Positions 26,063 to 40,340 of a stretch of 64,000 nt of DNA are shown here, in pieces (position 1 is the first letter of the stretch; each line of letters starts with the position of its first letter). The translations under genes and the position numbers were made by a program. Location of the stretch: contig OX597839.1 of the NCBI GenBank assembly GCA_951406725.2, positions 18,724,001 to 18,788,000 on the forward strand. Reading direction: 5' to 3'. The notes below the pieces were generated by a model that had not been told where the DNA came from, searched no databases, and was given only the letters and a program-made list of their open reading frames with translations. Source of the DNA: Octopus vulgaris (Eukaryota).

Positions 26063-26539
26063 CAACGACAGCAACATCAACGACTGTTCTATTCTATTTG
26101 GTGCACCGCAAAAATATAATTAATATCAGGTCGCTCATAGGTTTCACTAATTCTGAGCTAGAGAGGGAGTATTTGGGTGGTCACTCGGTTTGCTAGAAAT
26201 ACAAAGCAATCTCACTCATACCGCCTTTAAAAAAAGGTCGCAGATAACACTGTTTAAATTAAGAGCAGTTATAGTCATGGTTAGAGTGTCGATTAAGGTT
26301 ACTCAGGAGCTAAAAAACAACAGCATTGATCACCCAGAGCAGTGTTTCTCCATATTTTACATATGGACCCCTTTGATTTCTATTTTGCTCTATTGGACTT
26401 TCATAGCCATTCGATGTGTTTGAAAAAAAAACACATCTTACTGTATTTTTGTAATTAAATATTATTAGGACTTACTTTTGAAGACCACTGGGAGTAAGGC
26501 ATCCCTTAGCTTTTGTCAAAGACTGTCTCTAGAACACCC

Positions 26540-27170
26540 GCTTCAAACCTAGGCTACGTCTGCTCCAACACCAGCGGTGACTTAGCGAATCGTCTGCAAC
26601 GGTTGATGATCGACAGCAAGATGAGCTGTTAAGGATCACCTTATCCCAAAGTGTGCATGTATGTGACCAGGGACCACATGTAGACTTGTATTCCCACTAA
26701 AATTCTGAACTGGTGGAAGCTGGCTCAACCTTCCTTGAGTGAATACCACCATAAGTACAAGTGCTTCATTTTCCCCTTGTCTTAAGTTTATGACGAAGAT
26801 TATTTGTAAACCAATACGGAGTGGACTAAATGCAGACATTTTTTTCGACCAAGGCCTCATTACTTTCTTCAAGTTACACTTTGAGAGCAAGGTTAGGGTG
26901 GAAAAGGAAGGGCTGCTTCCACGGAATTTGCCAAAGGGAGGTAACAATGGAGAGTATGAAGCCGTGGGCCGAAGAAAACAGCTGCAAGAGGAAACCTCCT
27001 CTTACCAATTAGGGTTTCTTGATTACGTTGATGCCATTAGATTGGGACGTTTCATATACCTGTTGTTTTCTTATACCTGTTTCCCTTGCGCCATACAAGC
27101 CGTTACACTTTCCTAACTTGTTCTTATCATGTTCCGTTATCGAATTACCTGTGTCTCAAAAAATAGAATT
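26540..27170 (+). mobile_element. Second, older L1/Tx1-type 3' remnant
   Basis: DQGLITFFKLHFESKVRVEKEGLL..FAK aligns by eye with GQSLMNFKFHLKR..EREIVSSSQFAERW of the 8489-9262 element; ANRLQR resembles RDKLQR. Confidence 0.5.
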
Positions 27171-27224
27171 ATTACTACAACTATTACTACTACTACTACT
27201 GCTACTGCTACTACTACTACTACT

Positions 27225-27660
27225 AAGGCGGCGAGCTGGTAGAAACGTTTGCGCGCCGGGTTAAAAAAGCTTAGCAGTATTTCGTCTACCGCTACGTTCT
27301 GAGTTCAAATTCCGCCGAGGTCGACTTTGCCTTTCATCCTTTCGGGGTTGATTAAATAAATACCAGTTACGTACTGGGGTCGATATAATCGACTTGATTC
27401 GTATGTCTGTCCTTGTTTGGCCCCTCTGTTTGTAGCCCCTTGTAGGCAGTAAAGAAATAAGAATCGTTAGCATGCCTGGCGAAATGCTTAGCGGCATTTC
27501 GTCCGTCTTTACGGTCTGAATTCAAATTCCGCGGAGGTTGACTTTGCCTTTCATCCTTTCGGGGTCGATAAATTAAGTACCAGTGAAACACTGGGGTCGA
27601 TGTAGTCGATTAATCCCCTTCCCTCAAATTTCCGGCCTTGTGCCTTAAGTAGAAAAGATT
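27225..27660 (+). mobile_element. SINE-A dimer between (TAC)n and (ATT)n
   Basis: The second unit re-enters at aaagaaata|agaatcgttagc (about 27461). Confidence 0.9.
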
Positions 27661-27746
27661 ATTATTATTATTGTCCAGTATCGCTCCCAACGTTTTTCTT
27701 TTGTAAACCCTTAGAGCTAAATAACGAATTATTCTTCCTCTTCTTC

Positions 27747-27778
<32 letters not shown>

Positions 27779-28021
27779 CATTATTATTATTATCATATTA
27801 TTTTTATTACTATTATTATTATTATTATTATTATCATTATTATTATTATTATTATTATCATTATTATTATTATCATATTATTGTTATTATTATTTTTATT
27901 ATTATTATTATTATCATCATTATTATTATTATTGTTATTATTATTTTTATTACTATTATTATTATTGTTATTATTATTATTATTTTAAAACATACGACGA
28001 AGGAAGCGAAGAAGGAAAGTG

Positions 28022-28056
<35 letters not shown>

Positions 28057-28567
28057 AAATGGAGAGTAAATGAAGAGGAGAATTTGACTAATGAATGGAT
28101 AACTTTGGATAACCGATGCGTTCGTCATATGATTAATCACGTCTTCCTCCACACACCACCACCACCACCACTACTCAGCGTTATAATAGCATCGACTTCA
28201 TTACCAGAAGTATCCCCATTAGCTCCATCCTGTACGATTCTACTCTCACTGCTGCTGTCCATCAGGTCTTTTACTCCTGGCTACGGATTAGCATTCTTAG
28301 ATGGTCACCAGAGGTTAATTACCGAGTGAGATGTATGCACAGGGAAGAATAATAGACGGACAGACAGACACGCAGATATGTAGATAGATAAGATAGAAAG
28401 ATAGATTAGTGGACAAATAGAGTGCTCGATATTGATATATAGATAGATCAATACATATATATATATATTGATTGATTGATTGAGGTAGAAAGATATGGAT
28501 ATATAGGTAGATAAATAGGTAGATATATAGGTAGATAAATAGATTATAGATATGGATATATAGATAG

Positions 28568-28635
<68 letters not shown>

Positions 28636-28830
28636 TTGATGTAGATAGGTATGGACATTTAGATAAATACATTATATATATATATAGATTGATGTATATA
28701 GATATGGATATATAGATAAATAGATTATATATAAATAGATTATATATATTTATGTAATTTCAATACGGAGCAAATAATTTACGAGAAATTCACTTCAACG
28801 CGACGGTTTGGGGCTCTCCATCATGGTAAC

Positions 28831-28880
28831 GCGCGCTGAGGAGGGTGAGGTTATTATGCCAGTCCAGAAACCGGTCCAGG
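28831..28880 (+). ncRNA. Degenerate minimal hammerhead-like motif (Penelope type)
   Basis: CTGAGGA ...gg/cc... GAAA-CCGG-TC with a palindromic tetraloop; stems I and II are decayed. Confidence 0.35.
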
Positions 28881-29054
28881 TGAGTCTAAATACTTGAATG
28901 TATACTGAGAGATAGTCTTAGCGCGTTTGCCTTCGGACGGTTGATTTCTGTAGATATTTTCAGTGTATTTTGGCGATTTAAATAAGAGCTTTGACTGTTA
29001 TTTCCAGCAGGTAGACATACTTACTATGTCCTTTGATTAATTTTAATCTATCGG

Positions 29055-29087
<33 letters not shown>

Positions 29088-29115
29088 TAGATAGATGAAA
29101 GGAATAGAGATAGAG

Positions 29116-29159
<44 letters not shown>

Positions 29160-29236
29160 TGATTGATTGATGTAGATGGATAGATATAAGTAAATAGATA
29201 GATAGCTATATAGATAGGTTCATTGGTAGACAAGCG

Positions 29237-29521
29237 AGTAGATTGGCGGATTAAAAGATTAGCGAATAGGCAGGAATCTCACACAAGGCAGCCTTCAATT
29301 TTTTTCTATCCCAAAGTATTTTTAACCCAACTAGCCTGAAGGAGATCTCTATATCTAGAGGGACATTGTTCTGCACTAAGCCTCTGGAGCGACATCCTGC
29401 ACTGATTGAGCCAACGCAACCAGATGCACAATATCCTATGGGACAGATGTAGGATGTGACGAAACGATCGTAGTGCTGAATAAAGATTCGCACTAAATCA
29501 ATCTTCCGTTTCCTTAATCAA

Positions 29522-29526
<5 letters not shown>
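29237..29526 (+). mobile_element. Possible solo LTR
   Basis: Unique 290-bp island bounded by (a)gtag...ctaCA, with AATAAA about 40 bp before the CA end. No clear TSD. Confidence 0.3.
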
Positions 29527-29590
<64 letters not shown>

Positions 29591-30289
29591 GCTGTTGGGT
29601 ATCAGATCAAATTACGCATTCTATCAAGGAAATTTCGACAGACTGGTCAGCACGAAATCAAGGTAAATTTTCACAAGGCTTCGCAATTCGGAATCGAACG
29701 TAGAACCATTTTGGTTGCATATCAAACTTCTTAGTCACGTGCTCATGTCTAAAGTCACATTAATGAATCTTCTATAATCTCTATCACAAAGAAGTTTTGA
29801 TTCATTTTCCTTTTTATGGAAATCTTACTCACAAGGAAATACACTAAGGATATTCAATATCGCCACCTCTCCCTTGATATGCACGTATGTTTTAGTGCTA
29901 TTTAGGTGTATAATCAAATATGGCGTATTGAGATAGAACGGAAAATATGATATATACAAATGTGTGTGTGTGCGCGTGGTTATAAAGATATATATCTATT
30001 TATAAATATATATATATATAAAGATATATATATATATATATATATATATGTATTTATAAATATATATATATATATATATATATTTATAAATATATATATA
30101 TATAAAGATATATATATATATATTTATAAATATATATATATATAAAAGATATATATATATATATTTATAAATATATATATAAAGATATATATATATATGT
30201 ATTTATAAATATATATGTATTTATAAATATATATATATATATATAAAGATATATATATGTATTTATTTATAAATATATATATGTATTTA

Positions 30290-30324
<35 letters not shown>

Positions 30325-30354
30325 TTATTTATAAATATATATATGTATTTATGA

Positions 30355-30397
<43 letters not shown>

Positions 30398-32912
30398 AAG
30401 ATATATATATTTATATATGTATTTATAAATATATATATATACATATATATGCGTGCGTGTCTGTGTTTGTAAATGTATTATACGTGTGTGTTTATGTTTG
30501 TGTGTGTTTGAGTGTGTAATATGTTCCTGCATACAGACACACCCACACATACAATTATGTACAATTATATATATATATATATATATATATGCACATCTAT
30601 CAATGAATCTCTCTATCTATCTATACAAATATATGTTTATATATATATGTTTATATATATATATATATGTTTATATGTATATGTGTGTGTGTGTGTATGT
30701 TTGTTATATTCGCACGCATACGCTCAAACATTTATGCACGTCACACACCTCAGTACGGAAGGAAAAACAGAGCAACATTCACAAGTGCTAAAACAATGAA
30801 TGAAAGGGGCAGAAACGGAATTAGTTTGATGTCTAGACATATTGCACTTCCATATCATTTGTATTATTATTATTATTATTATTAGTAGTAGTAGTAGTAT
30901 TAGTAGTAGTAGTAGTAGTATTAGTAGTAGTAGTAGTAGTAGTAGGAGGAGGAGGAATAGTAGCGATGATGATATTGATGAATACGATAGCGGTGATGGT
31001 AACGGCCGCCGTGTCGACGAATATTTCGATATTTTCTACGGTCATTAAAAGGACGAAGCATATATACATATATATATATATAAACAAACAACTAAACAAA
31101 GAAAAAGAAAAGAGTTACAAAAATATAAAAAAAGGAGAAAAGAAAAAAGAAGAGAGAAAACTATATTGATAGCTGCTATATAAAATATATTATTAGGCAA
31201 ATAACTTTCTGAAAACGATGCTGGGGAGAATGAGAAATGAGCCATTTCTCATGAGAACGAAAACTAAAGCATCTAATTTGTCTGTCACGTAGAGAAATAA
31301 AGAAATCACAAAAGATATTGGTTCTGAAATTGCATCGTAAACGAGAGAATTGGAGAAAAGAATTGGAAGAGGGAAATTGTCTGGATCACGGATAATAATT
31401 CTCCTTCATATTTTTCTGCCTTTTCTAAAGAGAAATGTCAGACAACGAACGAACAAGTGAGCGAACGATTCAGGCTATTTTCATTGTGTTTTATTTGGCT
31501 TTGTTTTTGCTGTGCACTATAGTAGAGATATCTGTTTACTGTTAGCGTCTGCTTTTCAGACATTAATAAATTACTGCGTGCATTATTCATTATAAATATT
31601 ATTTATGCTATATTACTAATCAGATACATTCTTTCTTTGCGTCTCATTTCTTTCATTCATTCGTTCGTTTACCCATTCATTCATACGTTTTTCTTTCTTC
31701 CTGTCCTTTTCTTCTTTCTCCTTTCTCTCTTCTAACACCTTCACGGTCGCCACTGTTATTGTTCTCAGTTGATGATGTCGTCACCGTATTACAGGCAGGA
31801 AAAACGGTAGCAGCAGCAGAGACGGCGGCGGCGGCTTTCTTATCGCCGTCATCATCATCATCATCATTATCATCGTCGCCATCATCAACATCTTTATTAT
31901 CACGCATCATTATTAACATAAACATCACCATCATTATTTTAATTATTACTGATCACCATCATCGCATTTCCTATCTTCAATTATTATAACTTCTTCCTCC
32001 TCCTCCTCCTTTTCTACTACTACTACTATTACTACTACTACTACTACCACCACCACCACCACTACAACCACCACCATCTCTTCTCCTTCCTATTCTTCCT
32101 CCGCCTCTTCCTTTTCTTCTAGTTGTTTTTCTTCTTCCTCACCTTCCTCTTCTTCAATTTCACCTTCTTGCTCCCCTTCCTCTTCCTTCTCCTCCTCCTC
32201 CTCCTCTTCCTCACTATTTCTGCTGCAGTTACAATCGCTACAGTTATTCTCCGGAACCATCTGCACCCCTACCCGATTTATCGTTGGTCCTTCTGGGATA
32301 GACCTTGGGTCCAAACGCAGTAGATGTGTGAGTTTGACTTTGCATGTGTGTATGTGTGTATGTGTGTGACACTATGTGCGTATACGTGTATGTGTGTGTG
32401 AGTGATTGTCTGTGCGTGTATGTGTGCGTGAGAGACATTTTGTGTGTGTCCTCTTTCTCCACTGAGTGAGTGTGTGAGAGTGATATTATGCGCATGTGTG
32501 TGAGTGACATTGTGCCTTTGTATATGAGTGTGTGTGAGAGAGATATTATGTGTGTGTGTGCGAGAGAGAGAGAGAGAGAAAACGAGCGTAAAGAAGAGAT
32601 GCATGAGAATCATGTCTACTGAGTAGTGGCGGACTCTAAGAGGACAAAAAACTTTATGCTGTGCTCAACCTTTAAAGACTAAAAATGTATTCTATCCGGA
32701 CCCAAACACTGGTTTGTTTTCGACCTCTTTCATGCACGCATTCGTGCATACATGCACACACTGACATACGTACACGCCTTTATTAGACAGATTGATTTCT
32801 TAAATATTACAGAACCAATTAAATGTGTGTGTGTGTATGTGTGTAAATAAATAAATATATTCATAAAAATCATACACACACACACACACACACACGTCCA
32901 CATAAAGACTCA

Positions 32913-33205
32913 TACAGGGGTTGAACAAAATAGCAAAAGCACATTGTTAAATGGAAGCTTTATAGTTTGATAAGCAGTTGGTCCACCTTTGATATCAGCC
33001 ACAGCTTTAATACGCCGAAGAATTGACGCGTTCAGGTTCTGAACGATTGCTAGAGGAATTTCGAATCATTCTTCAAGTAATACCTGTTTTAGCTCTTTCA
33101 GCGACGATGGCAAAGGGCAACAACTACTCACTTGGTGCCCCGAAACGCAAAAATAAATCTATAATCATATTGAGATCCAATGGTAGTTGCGGGGCCAATT
33201 AAAGT
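32913..33205 (-). pseudogene. Tc1-type transposase C-terminal remnant with TIR
   Basis: Minus translation WPPQL..DLNMI...LPSSLKELKQVLLEE*FEIPLAIVQNLNASILRRIKAVADIKGGPTAY. End is TA|caggggttgaacaaaata. Confidence 0.85.
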
Positions 33206-33795
33206 TTATATTTACCTTTTTGATAGGCCGTTCTGTATATTTGTATTTTATGTGTATATATAATTTTACCTCCTGTGTTTTTATGTACATGCATAATATT
33301 TATATTTGTATATGATCAAATGTTTGAAGTATGGTGTTATATATAAAGTCGTTGATTCGAATTTTATGTTTGTTCTATGATCAATGTTTCTTTATCTTTG
33401 TCTCATTTACGTTTGAGCACCTCTTTTTTTGCAGTCCTATAAAACCCTTGTGTTTCCATAAAAAGAGACAAAAAATATTCTTGTCGTATATATATATATA
33501 TATATAAATAATTGAAAAAATTGTGTTCCAATTTTTATAATTATCTATTCACTCATGAAGGATGCCCCAAAACAAACGTGGAAGTATGTTTAATACTACC
33601 AGTGAATAGCACAGGGTGTAATCTGAAGGTGGATGAGCTTTACACTGTACTCTACTATGTTCTCAACAGAATATACCATAAGTATGTATGTATATATATA
33701 TATATATATATATATACGTGACATATAGTATAATTATTTATAGGGCAAATTTTAACCCTTTCTCCGCAGACTGAAAAAAATGATGAACAACCAAA

Positions 33796-34195
33796 GGCGT
33801 AGGAGTGGCTGTGTGGTAAATAACTTGCTAACGAACCACATGGTTCCGGGTTCAGTCCCACTGTGTGGCACCTTGGGCAAGTGTTTTCTACTATAGCCGC
33901 GGGTCGACCAAAGCCTTGTAAATGGATTTGGTAGACGGAAACTGAAAGAAGCCCATCGTATATATATATATATATGCGTGTGTGTGTGTGTCTCTGTGTT
34001 TGTCCTCCTAACATCACTTGACAACAAATACTGGTGTGTTTACGTCCACGTAACTTAGCGGTTCAGTAAAAGTGACCGATAGAATAAGTACTAGGCTTAC
34101 AAAGAATAAGTCCCGGGGTCGATTTGCTCGACTAAATGCGGTGCTCCAGTATGGCCACAGTCAAATGACTGAAACAAGTAAGAGAGTAAAGAGTA
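33796..34195 (+). mobile_element. SINE-B
   Basis: Full-length match. Confidence 0.9.
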
Positions 34196-34196
34196 A

Positions 34197-34237
34197 CCTT
34201 TATCGATTTTCGAACCTTATTGGGTTCTCATCAGAGG
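34197..34237 (-). ncRNA. Minimal type I hammerhead-ribozyme-like motif
   Basis: Minus strand CCT-CUGAUGA-GAACC-caauaa-GGUUC-GAAA-AUCGAU-aa-AGG: intact core, perfect 5-bp stem II, palindromic helix III, 3-bp stem I. One base deviates at the UH cleavage site. Confidence 0.6.
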
Positions 34238-34784
34238 CGTCTACATCATTCTGACAGTCTCCAGAGTAACAAGTAGCGAAACTCTTTATATACTCAACAA
34301 ATGCAGCAGATACTCTATGAAGGAGTCCCTAATTTGCATACCGAAAGTGTTTAACACTCTATAAATATATCTATATATTTTATATATAATTAATAATTTG
34401 CCTATACGGCTTTTACGCTCGCGGCCACTAACGTTATTATTAAAAAAAAAATAATAATGTTCTTTTATATTTGGATTTATGTATGTATGTATGTATGTAT
34501 GTATGTGTGTGTGTGTGTGTTTGTCTCTCACCACCGCTCCAAAACCAGTGTTGGTGTGATTATGTCCCCGTAAGCTAGTGGTTCGGCGAATGAGATCGAT
34601 AGAATGGGTACGATGCTTAAAAAACATTAGTACTGGGGTCGATTCGTTCGACCAAAAATTCTTCAAGGTGATGCCCCAGCATGGCCGCAGTCTAATGAAT
34701 GAAACAAGTAAGGAAATAAAAGTTGATTATATTTTCGACACAATCCAAACATTTGAAGATATACGAGTTGTTTTATTCGTTTAT

Positions 34785-34969
34785 ACTTTTACATGTTTAA
34801 CTGTGGCCATGCTGGAGCACCACCTTAAAGGGTTTTAGTTAAAGAAATAGACCCCAGGATTTATTATTTGTAAGCCTAGTACTTTATCGGTGTCTTTGCC
34901 GAACCGCTTGGTTACGAGGACATAAACACACCACAAACACACACTCAACTCTATACACACAAATACACA

Positions 34970-35004
<35 letters not shown>

Positions 35005-35155
35005 CGAGCTTCTTTCAGGTTCCGTCTATCAAAGCCACTCACAAGGCTTTGGTTGGCCCGAGGCTATAGCAAAAGACACTTGCCCAAGGTGCCACGCACT
35101 AGGACTGAACCCGGAAGCATGTGGCCGGGAAGAAAGCTTCTTACCACACAGCCAC
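34785..35155 (-). mobile_element. SINE-B (a 3' half on + also lies at 34520-34725)
   Basis: Matches the other SINE-B copies in the window. Confidence 0.85.
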
Positions 35156-35939
35156 AAATTAATCAAAAGCAGCGTTTACTGCAATACACTTACATACACT
35201 CATATTTAACAAGTTCGTGTTTATTCGAACATGGAAAGACAATACGTTGTACGATTTGGCTCGGGAGAGGAAATTCTCGTTATAGACGATAAAGGAGAAA
35301 GTACTGGCTCAAGTCTGCATTTCTGCATAGTTGCGCTCCATCAGTTATGTATACCAAGACTTTGTTCATGAACAATAAGAGCTGGTCGCTAAATAAGACT
35401 GTACATAACTATATTTCTTTCAACGCTGGTCATTGCGTTTTTAATTAATTTTTACTATAATTAGGCGCTTGATTTCTCCCACTAAGTTCTTGATGGCGAA
35501 GCATCAACATGGCTGCTTTACAATGAGTGAAAAGAGTAAAAGATACAGGCTATCCACGTGCGCGTGTGGGCGCGTTCTTGCACGTGTATTAAATACCAAT
35601 CTGTCCAGGTATATACACAGAACGAGTGAGAGAGAGGGAGAGAGAGAAGGAGAGAGTTAGGGAGAGCGATATGCAGAGAGAGTGAGGGAGAAACAAAGTA
35701 AGAGAGAAAGAATGTGAAAGAGAATTAGTGAGAAAAGTGAGCAAGAGAGAAAGAGAGAGAGAGAGTGATAGATAGAGAGAGACAGACAAATTTAACGATA
35801 AAGATTGAATATATGATAGATAGATAGATAAAGAGAGAAGATAGACAGACAGACAGATAGATAGATAGATAGGTAGGTAGATAGATAAAGAGATAAGACA
35901 GACAGACAGACAGACAGACAGGCAGACAGACAGACAGAC

Positions 35940-36010
<71 letters not shown>

Positions 36011-36374
36011 CAGGCAGACAACAGATAGACAAATGAATGAATGAAAGAGAGATATCTAGATAGATAAATAGATGGATAAATGAATAGACAGATAGATAAA
36101 TAGTTCGTTATATAGATATAGAAAGAAAGATGGAGAATAGATATCTAGATATCTATAAATAAATGAATAGATAAATAGGTAGATTAATAGATAGTTGGGT
36201 AGATAGACAGATAGATAGAAAGATGTGTTTGTGATAGATAGATAGATAGATATATAGATAGTGTGTGTGTGTATATATATATATACATATATAACGGGAA
36301 GGTTTATGAAAATAAATAAAAGACGAAGGCAGGTGGAGTACGAACAAACAAATGTATTTGTTTGTTTGTACACA

Positions 36375-36438
<64 letters not shown>

Positions 36439-36537
36439 TAGATAGATAAATAGATGGATGTGTTTGTGGATAGATAGGTATATAGATAGATAGTGTGTAT
36501 GTGTGTATGTGTGTGTGTATGTATGTATGTATGTATG

Positions 36538-36577
<40 letters not shown>

Positions 36578-36604
36578 AGATAGATAGATAGATTGATAGA
36601 TGTG

Positions 36605-36688
<84 letters not shown>

Positions 36689-36942
36689 CTGACAAATAGA
36701 TGTATGAATTGAAGGTAGACATCAAGATAGACAGATGACTAGAATGAGCGGACAGATAGGTATTTAGATGGGGAGAGATAAAGGGAGACAAGTAGATGGC
36801 TGAACTTTTGTCTGAATACGTAAGCTGATGAGTCGATGGGCAAATGGAATACATTATGTGTGGACAATTGCATAACTAGTTGAATAGTAATGATAAAATA
36901 TACAAATGAATGGATTGAAGGCTGTAGCCTACCCTTACATAC

Positions 36943-37111
36943 GATAATTTGCACTCTTGAGTAAGCGGGTAGAACTCAATCTACAATAATGAACCTCTTT
37001 GGTGACAAGAAGGTTTGAGATGACGTCATCGTTATTCAGGTTTGTCGCTTCCATAATGAAGGCAATCTTCTGCGGGTTCCCAAGGGTGTTGTATATATTC
37101 ATGCATGGAAT
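36943..37111 (-). CDS. Candidate internal exon (169 nt, phase 0 to 1), unidentified protein
   Basis: Acceptor catcttcctttcactggttccAG, donor GTATGT. Open frame IPCMNIYNTLGNPQKIAFIMEATNLNNDDVISNLLVTKEVHYCRLSSTRLLKSANY in a unique island between microsatellites. Confidence 0.4.
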
Positions 37112-37328
37112 CTGGAACCAGTGAAAGGAAGATGCCGGTCATTTTCTGTGAGGAACACATTGGCAGTAAGTGACACTTAAAGCATGAGGCACGCGTGTGT
37201 ATATGTGTGTGTGTGCGCGCGTATTTGCTCATATATGAGAGTGTGCTTATTTTCATATATATATATATAGCCACACCCCTCTCTCTCTCTCTCTATATAT
37301 ATATATACATATACACACGTAATACACA

Positions 37329-37394
<66 letters not shown>

Positions 37395-37399
37395 CATAT

Positions 37400-37438
<39 letters not shown>

Positions 37439-37565
37439 ATACACACATGTATGCATATATAGATTATACACACATATATGCATACATTCATTATTTATAG
37501 GCACATACACACACACACAGATATATACACACACTGACCATTATGCGACACTTGAAGTATGAGGC

Positions 37566-37610
<45 letters not shown>

Positions 37611-37656
37611 TATATTTATATATATGTGCATATATATATATATATTTATATATATA

Positions 37657-37700
<44 letters not shown>

Positions 37701-38099
37701 CGTACATATATGATGTGTGCATACAAATGTGTGTGTGTGTGTGTGTGTGTGCGTGTGTGTGTGCTTATGCCTAGGAACTGAAAGCAATGCGGAGGCATAA
37801 GTATGCGTTTTGTGTGTATCTGTGTGAGTAAACATGTGAATCTGCTTGTGTGTGTGTGTGTGTGTGTTTGTGTGGAATATGGTGTTATGAGGGTTTTGAA
37901 ACGGGGGAAAGATGGGAAAGTAGGCTGGACAGCGAGTGTCCTTTGTGTGGCTGTGTGGACACTTGACCATATGGGGAGAGAAACGGCCATGACAGTGATA
38001 AAACACATTACGTAACGTGATGGGAGTTGAGATGACAAGATAATAGCGTGGACGATTATGGCATGGTTAGTGTTGATAAGCGGACCTCTAGATTAATGT

Positions 38100-39610
38100 A
38101 TGGGCATGGTTGGATGGGCGGATGGTTGGATGGGCTGACGGCTGGATGGCTGGTTTGTTGGATGGCAGGTTTGTTGGATGGCAGGTTTGTTGGATGGTAG
38201 GTTTGTTGGATGGCTAGATGGTGGGATAATTGGATGTGTCGGTGTTCGGGTGGGTGAATGAGCTGGTGGATGGTTAGATGTTTAGATATTTGGATGACTG
38301 GATATGTTGGTGTTTGAATGGTTGGATGGTTGAAGCAGTTGGATGGTTAGATAGTTGGATGGTTAGATGGTCAGATAATTGGATGTGTCGGTGTTCGGGT
38401 GGGTGAATGAGCTGGTGGATGGTTAGATGTTTGGATGACTGGATATGTTGGTGTTTGAATGGTTGACGCAGTTGGATGGTTAGATAGTTGGATGGTTAGA
38501 TGGTCAGATAATTGGATGTGTCGGTGTTCGGGTGGGTGAATGAGCTGGTGGATGGTTAGATGTTTAGATATTTGGATGACTGGATATGTTGGCGTTTGAA
38601 TGGTTGGATGGTTGAAGCAGTTGGATGGCTGGTTACTTGGATGGTTAGATAGTTGGATGGTTAGATGGTCAGATAATTGGATGTGTAGATGTGCGGGTTG
38701 GTGGATGAAATAGTAGATGGTTAGCTATTTGGATGATTAGATGTGATAGTGTTTGAATGGTTAGATGGCTGAAGCAGTTGGATAGCTGGTTAGTTGGATC
38801 GTCAGATAACTGGATGTGTTGATGTTCGGGTTGGTGGATGGTTAGATGTTTAGATATTTGGATGATTGAATGTGTTGGCGTTTGAATGGTTGAAGAAGTT
38901 GGATGGTTAGATGGTCAGATAATTGGATGTGTTGATGTGCGGGTGGGTGGGTGGATGGAATGGTGGATGGTTAGATATTTGAAGATGTTGGATGGCTGGT
39001 TAGTTGGATGGTTAGGTGGTAGAATGTGCTGGTGGTTTGATGGCTAGATGATTGAAAGTGTTGGTGATTGGTGAGTAGGATGTTCGATTGTGTTGGTGTT
39101 TAAATGGTTGGAAGTGTTGGTGGCTGTTTAGTTGGATAGCTAGATGGTTACATGACTGGATGTGTTATCATTTAAATGGTTTGCTGGTTGGATGCGTTGG
39201 TGATTGGAAAATTAGATGGTTAAGTGGTTGGATGGTTAGATTGCTGGAAGTATTGGATGGCTGATTAGTTGTATGGTTAGATTGTTGGTGGTTGATTGGT
39301 TGGGTGTATTGGTGGATGGTTAGATGGTTTGATGATTGAATGCGTTGGTGGTTGGATGGTTGATTGGTATTGGTAGTTGGATGGCTTGTTTGTTGGGTGG
39401 ATGATTGGGTGTGTTGATGGTTGGATGGTTCGTTTGTTGGATGTATTGATGACTGGATATTCGGATGGTTGGATGTATCGGTGGTTAGATGGGTGGTTAG
39501 TTAGTTAGTTAGATGTATCGGTGGTTAGGTGGATGGTTAGGTGGATAAATGAATGACTGGATCTGTTAGCGGATGATTAGTTGGATACTTTGATGGTTGG
39601 ATGGTATTGC
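38100..39610. repeat. G/T-rich satellite built from GGAT/GGTT/AGAT words with higher-order units of about 115-165 bp
   Basis: Landmark gataattggatgtgt recurs at about 38226, 38374, 38506, 38672, 38805 and 38918; the + strand is nearly C-free. Confidence 0.9.
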
Positions 39611-39969
39611 ATTGGTATTTATCTTTTTCGTAGGGTACTTCTTCATACTGAGTACATCTGTAAGCAAGAGGCGCTCCAGTATGGCCTTCCCATCTGTCTT
39701 TGGATATTCTTTTTATAGACAGATCCCAACATTATCTAATATGGCCGTTCATTTCTTTTTCAAAATGGCTTGTCCAACAGAGAACGTTTCCAGTTATTTT
39801 TGGGTAAATTTTCGAAGGAAATCCACGGAGAAAAGAAAAATTCCCTTTTTTCATTTACGTAAGTTACAAACTTCGAGTAAACTATTGTGATATTTCTGTA
39901 CGTAAGATAATGATGGACATCCAGTACAACAGGAGTACGGTTAGAACATTATCCAGAAGTATCACAAGA

Positions 39970-40340
39970 CGGTAAGCTGGTAGAAAGAATCGTTAGCACG
40001 CCGGGCGAAATGTTTGGCAGTACGTTCTGAGTTCAAATTCCGCCGAGGTCGACCTTGTCTTTCATCCTTTCGGGGTCGATGAAATATGTACCAGTTACGC
40101 ACTGGGTCGATATAATCGACTTAATCCGTTTGTCTGTCCTTGTCTGTCCCCTCTGGGTTTAGCCCCTTGTAGGTAGTAAAGAAATAGGTACGTTCTGAGT
40201 TCAAATTATGCCGAGGTCGACTTTGCCTTTCATCCTCCCGGGGTCGATGAAATAAGAACCAGTTACGCACTGGGGTCGATATAATCGACTAGCCACCTCC
40301 CACCAAATTTTTCAACGCCTTGTGCCTAGAGTAGAAATAA
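39970..40340 (+). mobile_element. SINE-A dimer with a private head deletion
   Basis: Both units begin gtacgttctgagttcaaatt. Confidence 0.85.

Noticed and set aside
29251-29493. 80-aa Cys-containing ORF on minus
   Set aside because: Length is within chance expectation, and the island may be a solo LTR.
31677-32314. Acidic low-complexity ORFs (poly-E, poly-D) on minus
   Set aside because: Trinucleotide repeats with intervening stops and no convincing splice acceptor.
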